This document shows, one piece after another, positions 26,479 through 36,038 of a DNA stretch of 39,992 bases (position 1 is the stretch's first letter; each line of letters begins with the position of its first letter). The translations under genes and the position numbers were made by a program. The notes beneath the pieces are model-generated. The model saw only the letters and a list, made by a program, of their open reading frames with translations, ran no database searches and was not told the DNA's origin. Source of the DNA: a virus (taxonomy: Duplodnaviria; Heunggongvirae; Uroviricota; Caudoviricetes); IMG/VR virus record IMGVR_UViG_2875722834_000002, positions 1 to 39,992 of that record. One strand, given 5' to 3'.

Positions 26479-28426
26479 ATTTGAGCTTAAGGCGTTGATC
26501 ACCGGTGTCGACAGGCTTTCTCCCGCGCTGTCGAAAATGCAAAAGAAAATCCGGGGATTTAAACGCCAGGCGGAAGAAGCGTCACAGGGTGGGCTGGCGC
26601 TTGGTGGCGGACTGGCAGCGGGTCTGACGCTTTCCCTGAAATCTTATGCCGATCAGGAAAACGCCGCCACCGGGCTGAAAGTCGCCATGATGGATGCGAA
26701 CGGCGAGGTTGGAAAGAGCTTTCAGGACATCAATAAACTGGCTATTGGCCTGGGTAACCAGCTACCCGGTACAACGGCTGATTTCCAGAACATGATGCAG
26801 ATGCTGGTGCGTCAGGGGATCCCGGCAGAAAACATTCTTGGTGGTGTGGGTAAAGCGACAGCTTATCTTGCGGTACAACTGAAAAAAACACCGGAAGCGG
26901 CTGCTGAGTTTGCTGCAAAGATGCAGGATGCTACCGGAACGGCGTCAGAAGACATGATGGGGCTGTTCGACACTATCCAGAAGGCGTTTTATCTGGGCGT
27001 TGACGATACCAACATGTTGTCCTTCTTCACTAAAACCAGTTCTGTTCTGAAGATGGTGAACAAGGACGGTCTTCAGGCTGCACAGAGCCTTGCCCCCATC
27101 AGCGTCATGATGGATCAGATGGGGATGAACGGGGAGTCGGCAGGTAATGCCCTGCGAAAAGTTATCCAGTCCGGATTAAGCGTTAAGAAAATCAGGGACG
27201 TCAATAAAGTCATGGCCCGCCAGAGACTCGGGGTACAGCTCGATTTTACTGACGGCAAAGGAAGTTTTGGCGGTCTTGATAACATGTTCAGGCAACTGGC
27301 AAAGCTGCGAAAACTGACCGACGTTAAGCGAACAGGTGTACTTAAGGCAATATTTGGTGATGATGCCGAAACCCTTCAGGTGGTCAATGCACTAATCGAT
27401 AAAGGAAAGGATGGCTACGATCAGATCCAGCAGAAGATGAATAAACAGGCCAGCCTGAATAAACGTGTTCAGGCACAGCTTGGTACGCTGTCCAACCTGT
27501 GGGAGGCAATGACGGGGACCGCAACTAACGGCCTTGCGGCTATTGGCGGCGCATTTTCTGGTGACGCCAAAAATATCACGCAATGGCTGGGGGAGTTGGG
27601 GGAAAAATTCACGAAGTTTGCGGATGAAAATCCCCGGGTTATTCGCGGCGTCGTCGGGCTTGCTGCCGGTCTTGCGATTCTGAAACTGGGATTGATGGGC
27701 GTGGGCAGTGCCATCAGTATCGTCAGCAGGATCATGTCGATGACGCCGATTGGCATGATTGCGACGGCGATTGCCTTGGCTGCGGGATTAATTATCACTA
27801 ACTGGGATGTTGTTGGACCTTATTTCAAGAAGCTCTGGGAAACCATTGGTCCTTATTTTGAGGCTGGCTGGGAACTTCTGAAGAAGGTTTTTGCCTGGTC
27901 GCCGCTGGGGATGGTAATCAATAACTGGGGACCGGTTGTTAAGTGGTTTCAGGATATGTGGGACAAGCTGAAGCCAATTATTGAGTGGTTTACCGACAGT
28001 TCCGGTGACACGGTCGATGCCATTAACTCGGCGCAGTGGGGCGCGGGTGCTTATGATGCTTATGGGACGGGAATACCGGCGCGGGGATACACACCTTATC
28101 CGGCGCAGTCAAACAACGCCTCCGGTGACACGGTCGATGCCATTAACTCGGCGCAGTGGGGCGCGGGTGCTTATGATGCTTATGGGACGGGAATACCGGC
28201 GCGGGGATACACACCTTATCCGGCGGTAGATCCGGCTCAGTCAAACAACGCCTCCGATGCTACAGGCCCGAATCCCTTCATGATTAACAAAGCTTCTGCG
28301 CCAAAAGTTGACGGTGAGATCAAGGTCTCTTTTGTGAATTCGCCTCCGGGTATGCGGGTTATGGAAACGCGATCCAGCGGTTTTGATATAAATCACGATG
28401 TTGGCTATACGCATATTGGCAGATGA
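26471..28426 (+). CDS. Tail tape measure protein
   Basis: 651 aa with a helical N-terminal half, a hydrophobic segment and position after the chaperone pair. Confidence 0.85.
   Translation: MAEFELKALITGVDRLSPALSKMQKKIRGFKRQAEEASQGGLALGGGLAAGLTLSLKSYADQENAATGLKVAMMDANGEVGKSFQDINKLAIGLGNQLPGTTADFQNMMQMLVRQGIPAENILGGVGKATAYLAVQLKKTPEAAAEFAAKMQDATGTASEDMMGLFDTIQKAFYLGVDDTNMLSFFTKTSSVLKMVNKDGLQAAQSLAPISVMMDQMGMNGESAGNALRKVIQSGLSVKKIRDVNKVMARQRLGVQLDFTDGKGSFGGLDNMFRQLAKLRKLTDVKRTGVLKAIFGDDAETLQVVNALIDKGKDGYDQIQQKMNKQASLNKRVQAQLGTLSNLWEAMTGTATNGLAAIGGAFSGDAKNITQWLGELGEKFTKFADENPRVIRGVVGLAAGLAILKLGLMGVGSAISIVSRIMSMTPIGMIATAIALAAGLIITNWDVVGPYFKKLWETIGPYFEAGWELLKKVFAWSPLGMVINNWGPVVKWFQDMWDKLKPIIEWFTDSSGDTVDAINSAQWGAGAYDAYGTGIPARGYTPYPAQSNNASGDTVDAINSAQWGAGAYDAYGTGIPARGYTPYPAVDPAQSNNASDATGPNPFMINKASAPKVDGEIKVSFVNSPPGMRVMETRSSGFDINHDVGYTHIGR
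28001..28256 (+). repeat. Perfect 120-bp tandem duplication inside the tape-measure gene
   Basis: 28001-28105 is identical to 28121-28225; copy 2 carries a 12-bp insertion (gtagatccggct) before the shared cagtcaaacaacgcctccg. Confidence 0.9.
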
Positions 28427-28478
28427 CGGAACCAGATATAATTTGTCTTTAAGTTTGTTATCAACTGAAGGGAAATCT

Positions 28479-28856
28479 ATGGGTCTGTTACATGCCATTA
28501 TAGGTAATGCCGGTGAAATTAATGCATCAGATGCACAACAGGAATTAGGGGCTGTTTTAGGTGAGGGAGAAAATGTCGAACTTGCCTATAAACTCATTCG
28601 TGACCAAATTATTCTGACTAACAGAAGGTTAATTTTTATTGATAAGCAGGGTGTCACAGGGAAAAAAGTAGAGTATCGTTCGATTCCTTATAAATCTGTG
28701 ACAAACTTTTCTATTGAAACCGCCGGGCATCTTGATCTTGATGCTGAAATGAAGATATGGATTTCTGGTATTGCAGAACCGATAAAAAAACAGTTCAGTA
28801 AAGGAGCAAACATTTATAAATTGCAGGCTCATCTGGCTCAAAAAATAGCAGGGTAA
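28479..28856 (+). CDS. Small cytoplasmic protein, possibly a bacterial PH-like fold; AT-rich inserted gene in the tail module
   Basis: ATG at 28479 with GAAGGG RBS; 125 aa; beta-rich pattern ...RRLIFIDKQGVTGKKVEYRSIPYKSVTNFSIETAG...; own terminator. Confidence 0.55.
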   Translation: MGLLHAIIGNAGEINASDAQQELGAVLGEGENVELAYKLIRDQIILTNRRLIFIDKQGVTGKKVEYRSIPYKSVTNFSIETAGHLDLDAEMKIWISGIAEPIKKQFSKGANIYKLQAHLAQKIAG

Positions 28857-28882
28857 ACCTTACATTAATTTATGTCTTTCAT

Positions 28883-28904
28883 GCCCACTTCGGTGGGCTT
28901 TTTT
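28883..28904 (+). terminator. Intrinsic terminator after the inserted small gene
   Basis: Hairpin gcccac-ttcg-gtgggc followed by TTTTTT. Confidence 0.75.
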
Positions 28905-28919
28905 ATATCCGGAGTTTAT

Positions 28920-30374
28920 ATGACGTGGAAAGACAGGCTTCAGGACGCGTCATTTCGCGGTGTGCCGTTTAAGGTTGAAGAAGAAAGTGCGGGAACAGGT
29001 CGCCGTGTGGAAACACACGAATATCCGAACCGCGACAAACCCTATACCGAAGATCTGGGAAAAGTCACTTTCCGCCCGTCCATCACGGCTTATGTGGTGG
29101 GCGATGACTGCTTTGACCAGCGCGATCGCCTGATTGACGCGCTGAATAAACCCGGTCCCGGCACGCTTGTCCACCCGACTTACGGTGAGCTGAAAGTCTG
29201 TGTTGACGGAGAGGTTCGGGTCAGCACATCGAAAAGTGAAGGGCGTATTGTCCGCTTTGACCTGAAGTTTGTCGAAGCGGGAGAACTCTCTTACCCCACA
29301 TCAGGTGCGGCGACGGCGCAGACGCTGATGTCATCCTGTTCTGCACTGGATGACTGCATCAGTGACAGCTTCAGCGGTTTCAGTATCGATGGTGTGGCGG
29401 ATTTCGTGCAGAACGACGTTATCGGTAATGCCAGCATAATGCTGGGGTATGTTTCTGATGCGATGAAAGTGGTGGATTCTGCCGTATCGGATGCCGCCAG
29501 GCTGTTGCAGGGGGATATCTCGGTACTTCTGCCGCCGCCATCGTCAGGCAAAAATTTCGTTGAGCAGGTGCAGAAAATGTGGCGTACCGGGAAACGCCTT
29601 TATGGTAACGCCAGCGACCTGGTCACCATGATCAAAACGCTTTCCGGTGTCAGCCTCGGCAGCGATCTGCAACCGCGCGGCGTCTGGAAAACGGACAGTA
29701 AAACCACCGCCACGGCGACGCAGCAGCGTAACGTGGTTGCCAGCACCCTTCGTGCGACCGCAATCAGCGAAGCGGCGTATGCCGTCACCCGATTGCCTGC
29801 GCCAACAACTTCCGCGGTGATGCAGAATGCCGCAGTGGGGCAGTCAACAACTTCCGCGGTGATGCAGAATGCCGCAGTGGGGCAGTCAACAACTTCCGCG
29901 GTGATGCAGAATGCCGCAGTGGGGCAGTCAACAACTTCCGCGGTGATGCAGAATGCCGCAGTGGGGCAGTCAACAACTTCCGCGCAGAGCACCGGCTGGC
30001 CTTCCGTCACGCATCCGGCACTGAACAATGCACCGGCGGTGAAAAACACGGTTGACCTGCCAACGTGGGAAGAACTGACTGACATTCGCGACACACTGAA
30101 TACGGCAATTGATAAGGAGTTGTCCCGTACAACCAGTGATGCGCTGTTTCTGGCGCTGCGCCGGGTGAAAGCAGATCTGAATGCGGATATCAACACGCGC
30201 CTTGAACAGTCTGCTCGGATCATTCAGCGCACGCCGGATGAGGTCTTACCCGCGCTGGTGCTGGCGGCGACCTGGTTTGATAACGCGGCGCGTGACGCGG
30301 ACATTATCCGGCGTAATGCCATTACGCATCCCGGCTTTGTGCCGGTGATCCCTCTGAAGGTGCCAGTGCAATGA
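28920..30374 (+). CDS. DNA circulation protein (Mu N-like)
   Basis: ATG at 28920 with GGAG RBS; position after the tape-measure gene; contains an internal 14-aa x4 repeat. Confidence 0.7.
   Translation: MTWKDRLQDASFRGVPFKVEEESAGTGRRVETHEYPNRDKPYTEDLGKVTFRPSITAYVVGDDCFDQRDRLIDALNKPGPGTLVHPTYGELKVCVDGEVRVSTSKSEGRIVRFDLKFVEAGELSYPTSGAATAQTLMSSCSALDDCISDSFSGFSIDGVADFVQNDVIGNASIMLGYVSDAMKVVDSAVSDAARLLQGDISVLLPPPSSGKNFVEQVQKMWRTGKRLYGNASDLVTMIKTLSGVSLGSDLQPRGVWKTDSKTTATATQQRNVVASTLRATAISEAAYAVTRLPAPTTSAVMQNAAVGQSTTSAVMQNAAVGQSTTSAVMQNAAVGQSTTSAVMQNAAVGQSTTSAQSTGWPSVTHPALNNAPAVKNTVDLPTWEELTDIRDTLNTAIDKELSRTTSDALFLALRRVKADLNADINTRLEQSARIIQRTPDEVLPALVLAATWFDNAARDADIIRRNAITHPGFVPVIPLKVPVQ
29803..29984 (+). 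repeat. Perfect 42-bp tandem repeat, 4.3 copies, in frame inside the DNA circulation gene
   Basis: Unit caacaacttccgcggtgatgcagaatgccgcagtggggcagt at 29803, 29845, 29887 and 29929, plus a 14-bp partial copy; encodes TTSAVMQNAAVGQS x4. Confidence 0.95.
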
Positions 30375-31450
30375 ACGATAACGTCACGCTACGGGTAAAT
30401 GGCCGGGAGTGGAATGGCTGGACATCGGTGCGCATCGGTGCCGGTATTGAACGGCTGGCGCGGGATTTCAGCGTGGAGATCACCCGCCAGTGGCCGGGAG
30501 ATGAGGGTATCACCACGCTTCAGCCGCGCATTAAAAATGGTTCAAAAGTGGAAGTGCTGATTGGTGATGAGCTGGTGATCACCGGCTGGGTGGAGGCGAC
30601 CCCCGTTCGTTACGATGCCCGTTCGGTCAGCACCGGTATTGCCGGACGTAGTCTGACGGCTGACCTGATTGACTGTGCAGCCGAACCGACACAGTTTAAC
30701 GGACGATCGCTGGTACAGATTGCGCAGGCGCTTGCTGCGCCTTTCGGCATTGAGGTGGTGAACAACGGTGCGCCGTCGGGTGTTATTCCTGATGTCCAGC
30801 CTGATCACGGTGAAACGGTGATTGAGGTAATCAACAAAATACTCGGTCAGCAGCAGGCACTGGCTTACGACGACCCGCACGGCAGGCTGGTGATTGGCGG
30901 TATTGGCTCAACGCGGGCACATACTGCGCTGGTACTCGGGGAAAACATCCTTTCCTGCGATACGGAGAAGAGTATCCGGGAGCGGTTTTCTGTTTACCAG
31001 GTGGCGGGGCAGCGTGCCGGAAACGACGATGATTTCGGTGAGGCCACCACCACCGCGCTGCGGGCCCGCACAGAGGACGCATTTATTGCCCGTTACCGTC
31101 CGATGTATATCAGGCAGACAGGGCAGGCTACGGGGGCAGGCTGTATTGCCCGTGCGGACTTTGAAGCCCGACAACGGGCGGCGCGGACGGATGAAACCAC
31201 CTATGTGGTGCAGGGCTGGCGACAGGGTAACGGTACGCTGTGGCAGCCCAACCAGCGGGTGATTGTCTTTGATCCGGTCTGTGGTTTCGACAATACCGAA
31301 CTGCTTGTTTCGGAAGTCACGTTTACTCAGGACCAGAACGGCACCCTGACGGAAATCCGTGTCGGCCCACCTGATGCTTATCTGCCTGAACCCGAAGCCC
31401 CCGGCGCGCGGAAAAAGAAAAAAGCCAGAGTACAGGAGGACCCGTTCTGA
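30371..31450 (+). CDS. Baseplate hub protein (Mu P / gpD-like)
   Basis: 359 aa in the conserved Mu-type baseplate position. Confidence 0.7.
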   Translation: MNDNVTLRVNGREWNGWTSVRIGAGIERLARDFSVEITRQWPGDEGITTLQPRIKNGSKVEVLIGDELVITGWVEATPVRYDARSVSTGIAGRSLTADLIDCAAEPTQFNGRSLVQIAQALAAPFGIEVVNNGAPSGVIPDVQPDHGETVIEVINKILGQQQALAYDDPHGRLVIGGIGSTRAHTALVLGENILSCDTEKSIRERFSVYQVAGQRAGNDDDFGEATTTALRARTEDAFIARYRPMYIRQTGQATGAGCIARADFEARQRAARTDETTYVVQGWRQGNGTLWQPNQRVIVFDPVCGFDNTELLVSEVTFTQDQNGTLTEIRVGPPDAYLPEPEAPGARKKKKARVQEDPF

Positions 31451-31998
31451 TGAGGACGATTGAAGCCATGCAGCGACAACTCCTCGGCCTGATTGGGCGG
31501 GCCGTGGTGAAAAGCATCAGTGCCGCCACGAAATGTCAGACCGTGGATGTGTCCCTGATTGCCGGTGAACCCAAAGCCGGGGTTGAACATCTTGAACCCT
31601 ACGGTTTTACCGCAAGGGCAAACAGCGGTGCGGAAGCGGTGGTGTTGTTTCCGGATGGCGACCGTTCTCATGCGGTGGTTGTTACGGTGTCGGACCGTCG
31701 CTACCGCCTGAAAGGGCTGCAAACGGGGGAGGTGGCTGTCTATGACGATCAGGGGCAGTCCGTGACGCTGACCCGGGAGGGGATCGTGGTGGACGGTGCA
31801 GGTAAAACGATCACGTTTCGCAATGCGCCCAGAGCACGTTTTGAAATGGACCTGGAAGTGACCGGACAGGTGAAAGACCTGTGCGACTCCGGCGGCACCA
31901 CCATGTCAGCGATGCGGCTTGCCTATAACGGGCATCGTCACAGAGAGAACGGTCAGGGAAGTAACACCGACAAACCTGATAAAGCGATGGAGGCATGA
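31450..31998 (+). CDS. Baseplate assembly protein V-like (Mu gp45-like spike)
   Basis: 182 aa following the hub gene. Confidence 0.65.
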   Translation: MRTIEAMQRQLLGLIGRAVVKSISAATKCQTVDVSLIAGEPKAGVEHLEPYGFTARANSGAEAVVLFPDGDRSHAVVVTVSDRRYRLKGLQTGEVAVYDDQGQSVTLTREGIVVDGAGKTITFRNAPRARFEMDLEVTGQVKDLCDSGGTTMSAMRLAYNGHRHRENGQGSNTDKPDKAMEA

Positions 31999-32423
31999 TG
32001 GAACTGTGGCTGACGGTGAACGGTAAACGCACCTGCGCCAGCGCACCGCTGGATCCGCTGACCCGCGCCGTGGTGATTTCCCTGTTCACCTGGCGGCGGG
32101 CGGAGCCTGATGACAACGCCGACGTCCCGATGGGATGGTGGGGGGATACCTGGCCTGCGGTACAGAATGACCGTTACGGCTCCCGACTGTGGCTGCTTCA
32201 GCGCAGCAAACTGACCAATCAGCTGGTGCAGACGGTAAGGGGGTATATCCGCGAATGCCTGCAATGGATGATTGATGACGGCGTGGTGTCCCGTATTGAT
32301 CTGGATATCCGCCGCACCGGGATTAATGAGCTGGGTAACAGTATCACTCTCTGGCGTCGTGACGGACCGGTAATGATTTCTTTTGATGATCTGTGGAGTG
32401 CGATAACGCATGGCGGACAGTGA
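31995..32423 (+). CDS. Baseplate protein, GP46-like
   Basis: 142 aa with Trp-rich motifs, in the conserved position. Confidence 0.65.
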   Translation: MMELWLTVNGKRTCASAPLDPLTRAVVISLFTWRRAEPDDNADVPMGWWGDTWPAVQNDRYGSRLWLLQRSKLTNQLVQTVRGYIRECLQWMIDDGVVSRIDLDIRRTGINELGNSITLWRRDGPVMISFDDLWSAITHGGQ

Positions 32424-33468
32424 ATTTCAGCGCCCGACGCTGGCAGAAAATATCAGTATGCTCCGTAACGATTTATTCGCCAGGCTGGACGTCAGCGACA
32501 CGCTCCGGCGCATGGATGAAGACGTGCGGGCAAAGGTGTATGCGGCGGCGCTGCATACGGTTTACGGGTACATCGATTATCTGGCAATGAATATGCTGCC
32601 TGACCTGTGCGATGAGTCCTGGCTGGCGCGACATGCTGCGATGAAACGGTGTCCGCGCAAGGGGGCCACGGCTGCCAGCGGGTATATGCGCTGGGAAGGT
32701 GTCAGCGATGGCCTGAAGGTGACCGCCGGGAGTGTTATTCAGCGCGATGACCTGGTGCAGTACACGGCAACTGCCGATGCAACCAGCTCCGGTGGTGTCC
32801 TGCGCGTGCCGATCGCCTGCTCAAGTGCAGGCGCGGTCGGTAACGCTGACGACGGTACGTCATTAATCCTGGTCACGCCGGTGAATGGTCTGCCGTCTTC
32901 CGGCGTGGCAGATACACTGACAGGTGGATTTGATACTGAAGAGCTGGAAACGTGGCGCGCCCGCGTCATTGAGCGGTATTACTGGACGCCTCAGGGCGGG
33001 GCTGACGGGGACTATGTCGTCTGGGCTAAAGAAGTTCCCGGCATTACCCGCGCATGGACATACCGCCACTGGATGGGAACGGGGACTGTCGGTGTGATGA
33101 TTGCCGGCAGTGACCTGATTAACCCCATTCCGGAAGAATCAACGGAAACGGCGGCAAGACAACACATTGAGCCACTGGCCCCGGTGGCAGGCTCTGATTT
33201 GTATGTATTCAGGCCGGTGGCGCATAAAGTGGATTTTCATATCCGCGTGACGCCGGACACACCGGAAATACGGGCTGCCATTACCGCGGAGTTGCGTTCG
33301 TTCCTGCTGCGTGATGGTTATCCGCAGGGAGAACTGAAGGTGTCGCGTATCAGTGAGGCGATTTCCGGTGCGAACGGGGAATACAGCCATCAGTTGCTTG
33401 CACCGGCAGACAATATCTCCATTGCAAAAAATGAACTGGCGGTACTGGGGACGATTTCATGGACGTGA
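32410..33468 (+). CDS. Baseplate J-like protein (Mu gp47-like)
   Basis: 352 aa in the conserved position. Confidence 0.7.
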   Translation: MADSEFQRPTLAENISMLRNDLFARLDVSDTLRRMDEDVRAKVYAAALHTVYGYIDYLAMNMLPDLCDESWLARHAAMKRCPRKGATAASGYMRWEGVSDGLKVTAGSVIQRDDLVQYTATADATSSGGVLRVPIACSSAGAVGNADDGTSLILVTPVNGLPSSGVADTLTGGFDTEELETWRARVIERYYWTPQGGADGDYVVWAKEVPGITRAWTYRHWMGTGTVGVMIAGSDLINPIPEESTETAARQHIEPLAPVAGSDLYVFRPVAHKVDFHIRVTPDTPEIRAAITAELRSFLLRDGYPQGELKVSRISEAISGANGEYSHQLLAPADNISIAKNELAVLGTISWT

Positions 33469-34043
33469 CAAACGATGATTACATCCGTCTGTTGTCGGCA
33501 CTGTTGCCCCCCGGTCCGGCGTGGTCAGCCAGCGATCCGGCGATTGCCGGTGCGGCACCGTCATTAACCCGCGTTCATCAGCGTGCGGATGCCCTGATGC
33601 GGGAGCTGGATCCGCGCACCACCACCGAACTGATAAATCGCTGGGAGCGTCTGTGCGGCCTGCCGGATGAATGTATTCCCGCAGGGACACAGACCCTTCG
33701 CCAGCGTCAGCAACGACTGGATGCGAAGGTTAACCTGGCGGGCGGCATCAATGAGGATTTTTACCTTGCACAGCTTGCTGCCCTGGGCAGACCAGACGCC
33801 ACCATCACTCGATACGACAAAAGCACGTTCACCTGCTCATCGGCCTGTACTGACGCGGTGAATGCGCCGGAATGGCGGTATTACTGGCAGGTCAACATGC
33901 CAGCCGCCACCAACACCACCTGGATGACATGTGGCGATCCCTGTGATTCCGCACTGCGTATCTGGGGCGACACCGTTGTCGAGTGCGTGCTTAACAAACT
34001 CTGCCCTTCGCATACCTACGTAATTTTTAAATATCCGGAGTAA
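33459..34043 (+). CDS. Tail protein DUF2313 (Mu gp48 / YmfQ-like)
   Basis: 194 aa preceding the tail fibre gene, as ymfQ does in e14. Confidence 0.65.
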   Translation: MDVTNDDYIRLLSALLPPGPAWSASDPAIAGAAPSLTRVHQRADALMRELDPRTTTELINRWERLCGLPDECIPAGTQTLRQRQQRLDAKVNLAGGINEDFYLAQLAALGRPDATITRYDKSTFTCSSACTDAVNAPEWRYYWQVNMPAATNTTWMTCGDPCDSALRIWGDTVVECVLNKLCPSHTYVIFKYPE

Positions 34044-34046
34044 TCC

Positions 34047-34967
34047 ATGCATCGCATAGACACGAAAACCGCGCAGAAGGATAAGTTCGGCGCGGGTAAG
34101 AACGGTTTTACCCGTGGTAACCCCCAGACCGGCACGCCTGCCACCGATCTGGATGATGACTACTTTGACATGTTGCAGGAAGAACTTTGTAGCGTTGTTG
34201 AGGCATCCGGTGCCAGTCTGGAGAAGGCGCGGCACGACCAGCTGCTTACCGCGCTTCGTGCGCTGCTGTTAAGCCGCAAGAATCCGTTTGGCGATATCAA
34301 ATCGGATGGCACGGTGAAAACGGCTCTCGAAAACCTTGGAATTGAAAGGGTTGAGCAGCTCAATAACGAAACGAGAATTTATACCGGGGCCGATGGCTCT
34401 TATCTTTCCGCCAGAGGCGATGGGCAATTTGGTATTTTCGATCCATCACGGGGATTTATTCCTCTGGGTGTTCAGCAGGGTGGGACGGGAGCCAGAGATG
34501 CAGAAGGGGCAAGGGACAAACTTGGTTTGGGCCGGATTGAGCAGCGAGATGGTGAAACGGTAATTTATTGCGACGATAAAAAAACTGCATATTTTACAGC
34601 ACGCGAAGATAATCAGTGGGGGCTTTTTGACGGCACAAAATTCGTACCATTGGGGGTTCAGCAAGGCGGTACTGGTGCGAACGATGCAGCCACGGCCAGA
34701 AATAATCTGGGGATGGGCAATGCAGCAACAGGCCATGTAAGAACTGGCAAGGTCTCACGGTCCGGTGATAAATTATTTGATACCCCGTTCCCCAACGAAT
34801 GTACTGCCATTGCATTCGGCGTAATGATTGGCCAAGCCTGGATGTTCTCTCCCTATGTCACGTACCTTAATAAGACGGGTTTTGGTTTTGATGGTCGGTG
34901 TTGGAGTGGCACTAGTGTTCTCCAACCATTCGCTGAAGATGTTTATTACATTGCCTGGGGAAAATAA
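34047..34967 (+). CDS. Side tail fibre protein
   Basis: Conserved N-terminal region then a variable C-terminus with internal repeats ([11 protein letters not shown]...LG twice). Confidence 0.8.
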   Translation: MHRIDTKTAQKDKFGAGKNGFTRGNPQTGTPATDLDDDYFDMLQEELCSVVEASGASLEKARHDQLLTALRALLLSRKNPFGDIKSDGTVKTALENLGIERVEQLNNETRIYTGADGSYLSARGDGQFGIFDPSRGFIPLGVQQGGTGARDAEGARDKLGLGRIEQRDGETVIYCDDKKTAYFTAREDNQWGLFDGTKFVPLGVQQGGTGANDAATARNNLGMGNAATGHVRTGKVSRSGDKLFDTPFPNECTAIAFGVMIGQAWMFSPYVTYLNKTGFGFDGRCWSGTSVLQPFAEDVYYIAWGK

Positions 34968-34968
34968 G

Positions 34969-35385
34969 ATGACATATCAATACAGCGCTAAGAACAACGC
35001 ATTTTTTCGTACTGCTGAGCTGGCGAATTATGAGGATGCGGGTTGGGATCTATCTGACCTGGTTGACGTAACCACTGAGCAATTTACTGCGTTCACTCAG
35101 GATCGAACCGTTGATGGATTAGTGCGCATCGCAGGCAATGACGGCATGCCAACATGGGGTGAAATCCCCCCACGTACACCAGAAGAACTTGAAGCAGATG
35201 CGGTGTCCAAAAAAACATCCCTTATCGCATATGCAACACATATTATTGACCCACTTAAGGATGCTTTTGATGGTGACTATATTGATGATGCAGATAAGCC
35301 AAAACTCACGGCGTGGCAAAAATATCGCTATGCACTGACAAAGGTTGACCCAGTCAACCCTGTCTGGCCTGAGATGCCAATATAG
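34969..35385 (+). CDS. Tail fibre assembly chaperone (Tfa)
   Basis: ATG at 34969 two bases after the fibre stop; 138 aa. Confidence 0.75.
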   Translation: MTYQYSAKNNAFFRTAELANYEDAGWDLSDLVDVTTEQFTAFTQDRTVDGLVRIAGNDGMPTWGEIPPRTPEELEADAVSKKTSLIAYATHIIDPLKDAFDGDYIDDADKPKLTAWQKYRYALTKVDPVNPVWPEMPI

Positions 35386-35454
35386 GAACGTTTATGAAAA
35401 TGCAGAAATAGCGCGCAAATGGCATCGTTCCTGTTTTTGTCAGGAGGAGCAATC

Positions 35455-36012
35455 ATGCTTATTGGCTATGTTCGCGTATCAACAAATGACCAGAACACCG
35501 ATCTACAACGTAATGCGTTGAACTGTGCAGGATGTGAGCTGATTTTTGAAGATAAGATCAGCGGCACTAAGTCCGACCGACCGGGACTGAAAAAACTGCT
35601 CAGAACATTATCAGCAGGTGACACTCTGGTAGTCTGGAAACTGGACCGACTGGGGCGCAGTATGCGGCATCTTGTCGTGCTGGTGGAGGAGTTGCGCGAA
35701 CGTGGCGTTAATTTTCGCAGCCTGACGGATGCTATTGATACCAGCACACCAATGGGACGCTTTTTCTTTCATGTGATGGGTGCCCTGGCTGAAATGGAGC
35801 GAGAGCTTATTGTCGAACGTACTAGGGCGGGCTTTGCCGCAGCACGACAAGAAGGGAGGAATGGTGGGCGAAAGCCAAAGCTGACAGTAGAACAATGGGA
35901 GCAGGCTGGCAGGTTGATTGAATCGGGAATATATCAGCAGCAAGTCGCACTGATTTATGATCTGGGTATTTCAACGGTGTATAAAAAATTCCCTGTAGCA
36001 AGTAAACCATAA
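35455..36012 (+). CDS. Serine-recombinase DNA invertase (Pin/Gin/Hin/Cin family)
   Basis: ATG at 35455 with AGGAGG RBS; N-terminus MLIGYVRVSTNDQNTDLQ with the catalytic Ser; C-terminal HTH; 185 aa. Confidence 0.85.
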   Translation: MLIGYVRVSTNDQNTDLQRNALNCAGCELIFEDKISGTKSDRPGLKKLLRTLSAGDTLVVWKLDRLGRSMRHLVVLVEELRERGVNFRSLTDAIDTSTPMGRFFFHVMGALAEMERELIVERTRAGFAAARQEGRNGGRKPKLTVEQWEQAGRLIESGIYQQQVALIYDLGISTVYKKFPVASKP

Positions 36013-36038
36013 CCTTACGCCACATTGATGATCGCGGA

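Noticed and set aside
27981-28229. 82-aa plus-strand ORF inside the tape-measure gene
   Set aside because: Alternative frame across the 120-bp duplication; its repetitive product is an artefact of the repeat.
29803-29984. Possible CRISPR array suggested by perfect direct repeats
   Set aside because: Repeats are contiguous with no spacers, lie in frame inside a tail gene, and no cas genes are present.
29600-30223. 207-aa minus-strand ORF (and 29785-29976) overlapping the DNA circulation gene
   Set aside because: Antisense reading through the 42-bp tandem repeat gives an artificial repetitive protein; the plus-strand gene is supported by context.
35386-35454. Second hix/gix-type crossover site upstream of the invertase
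   Set aside because: Only weak partial matches (a TTCCTGT heptamer and an AACGTTTATGAAAA segment); not enough to call a recombination site without alignment to characterised sites.
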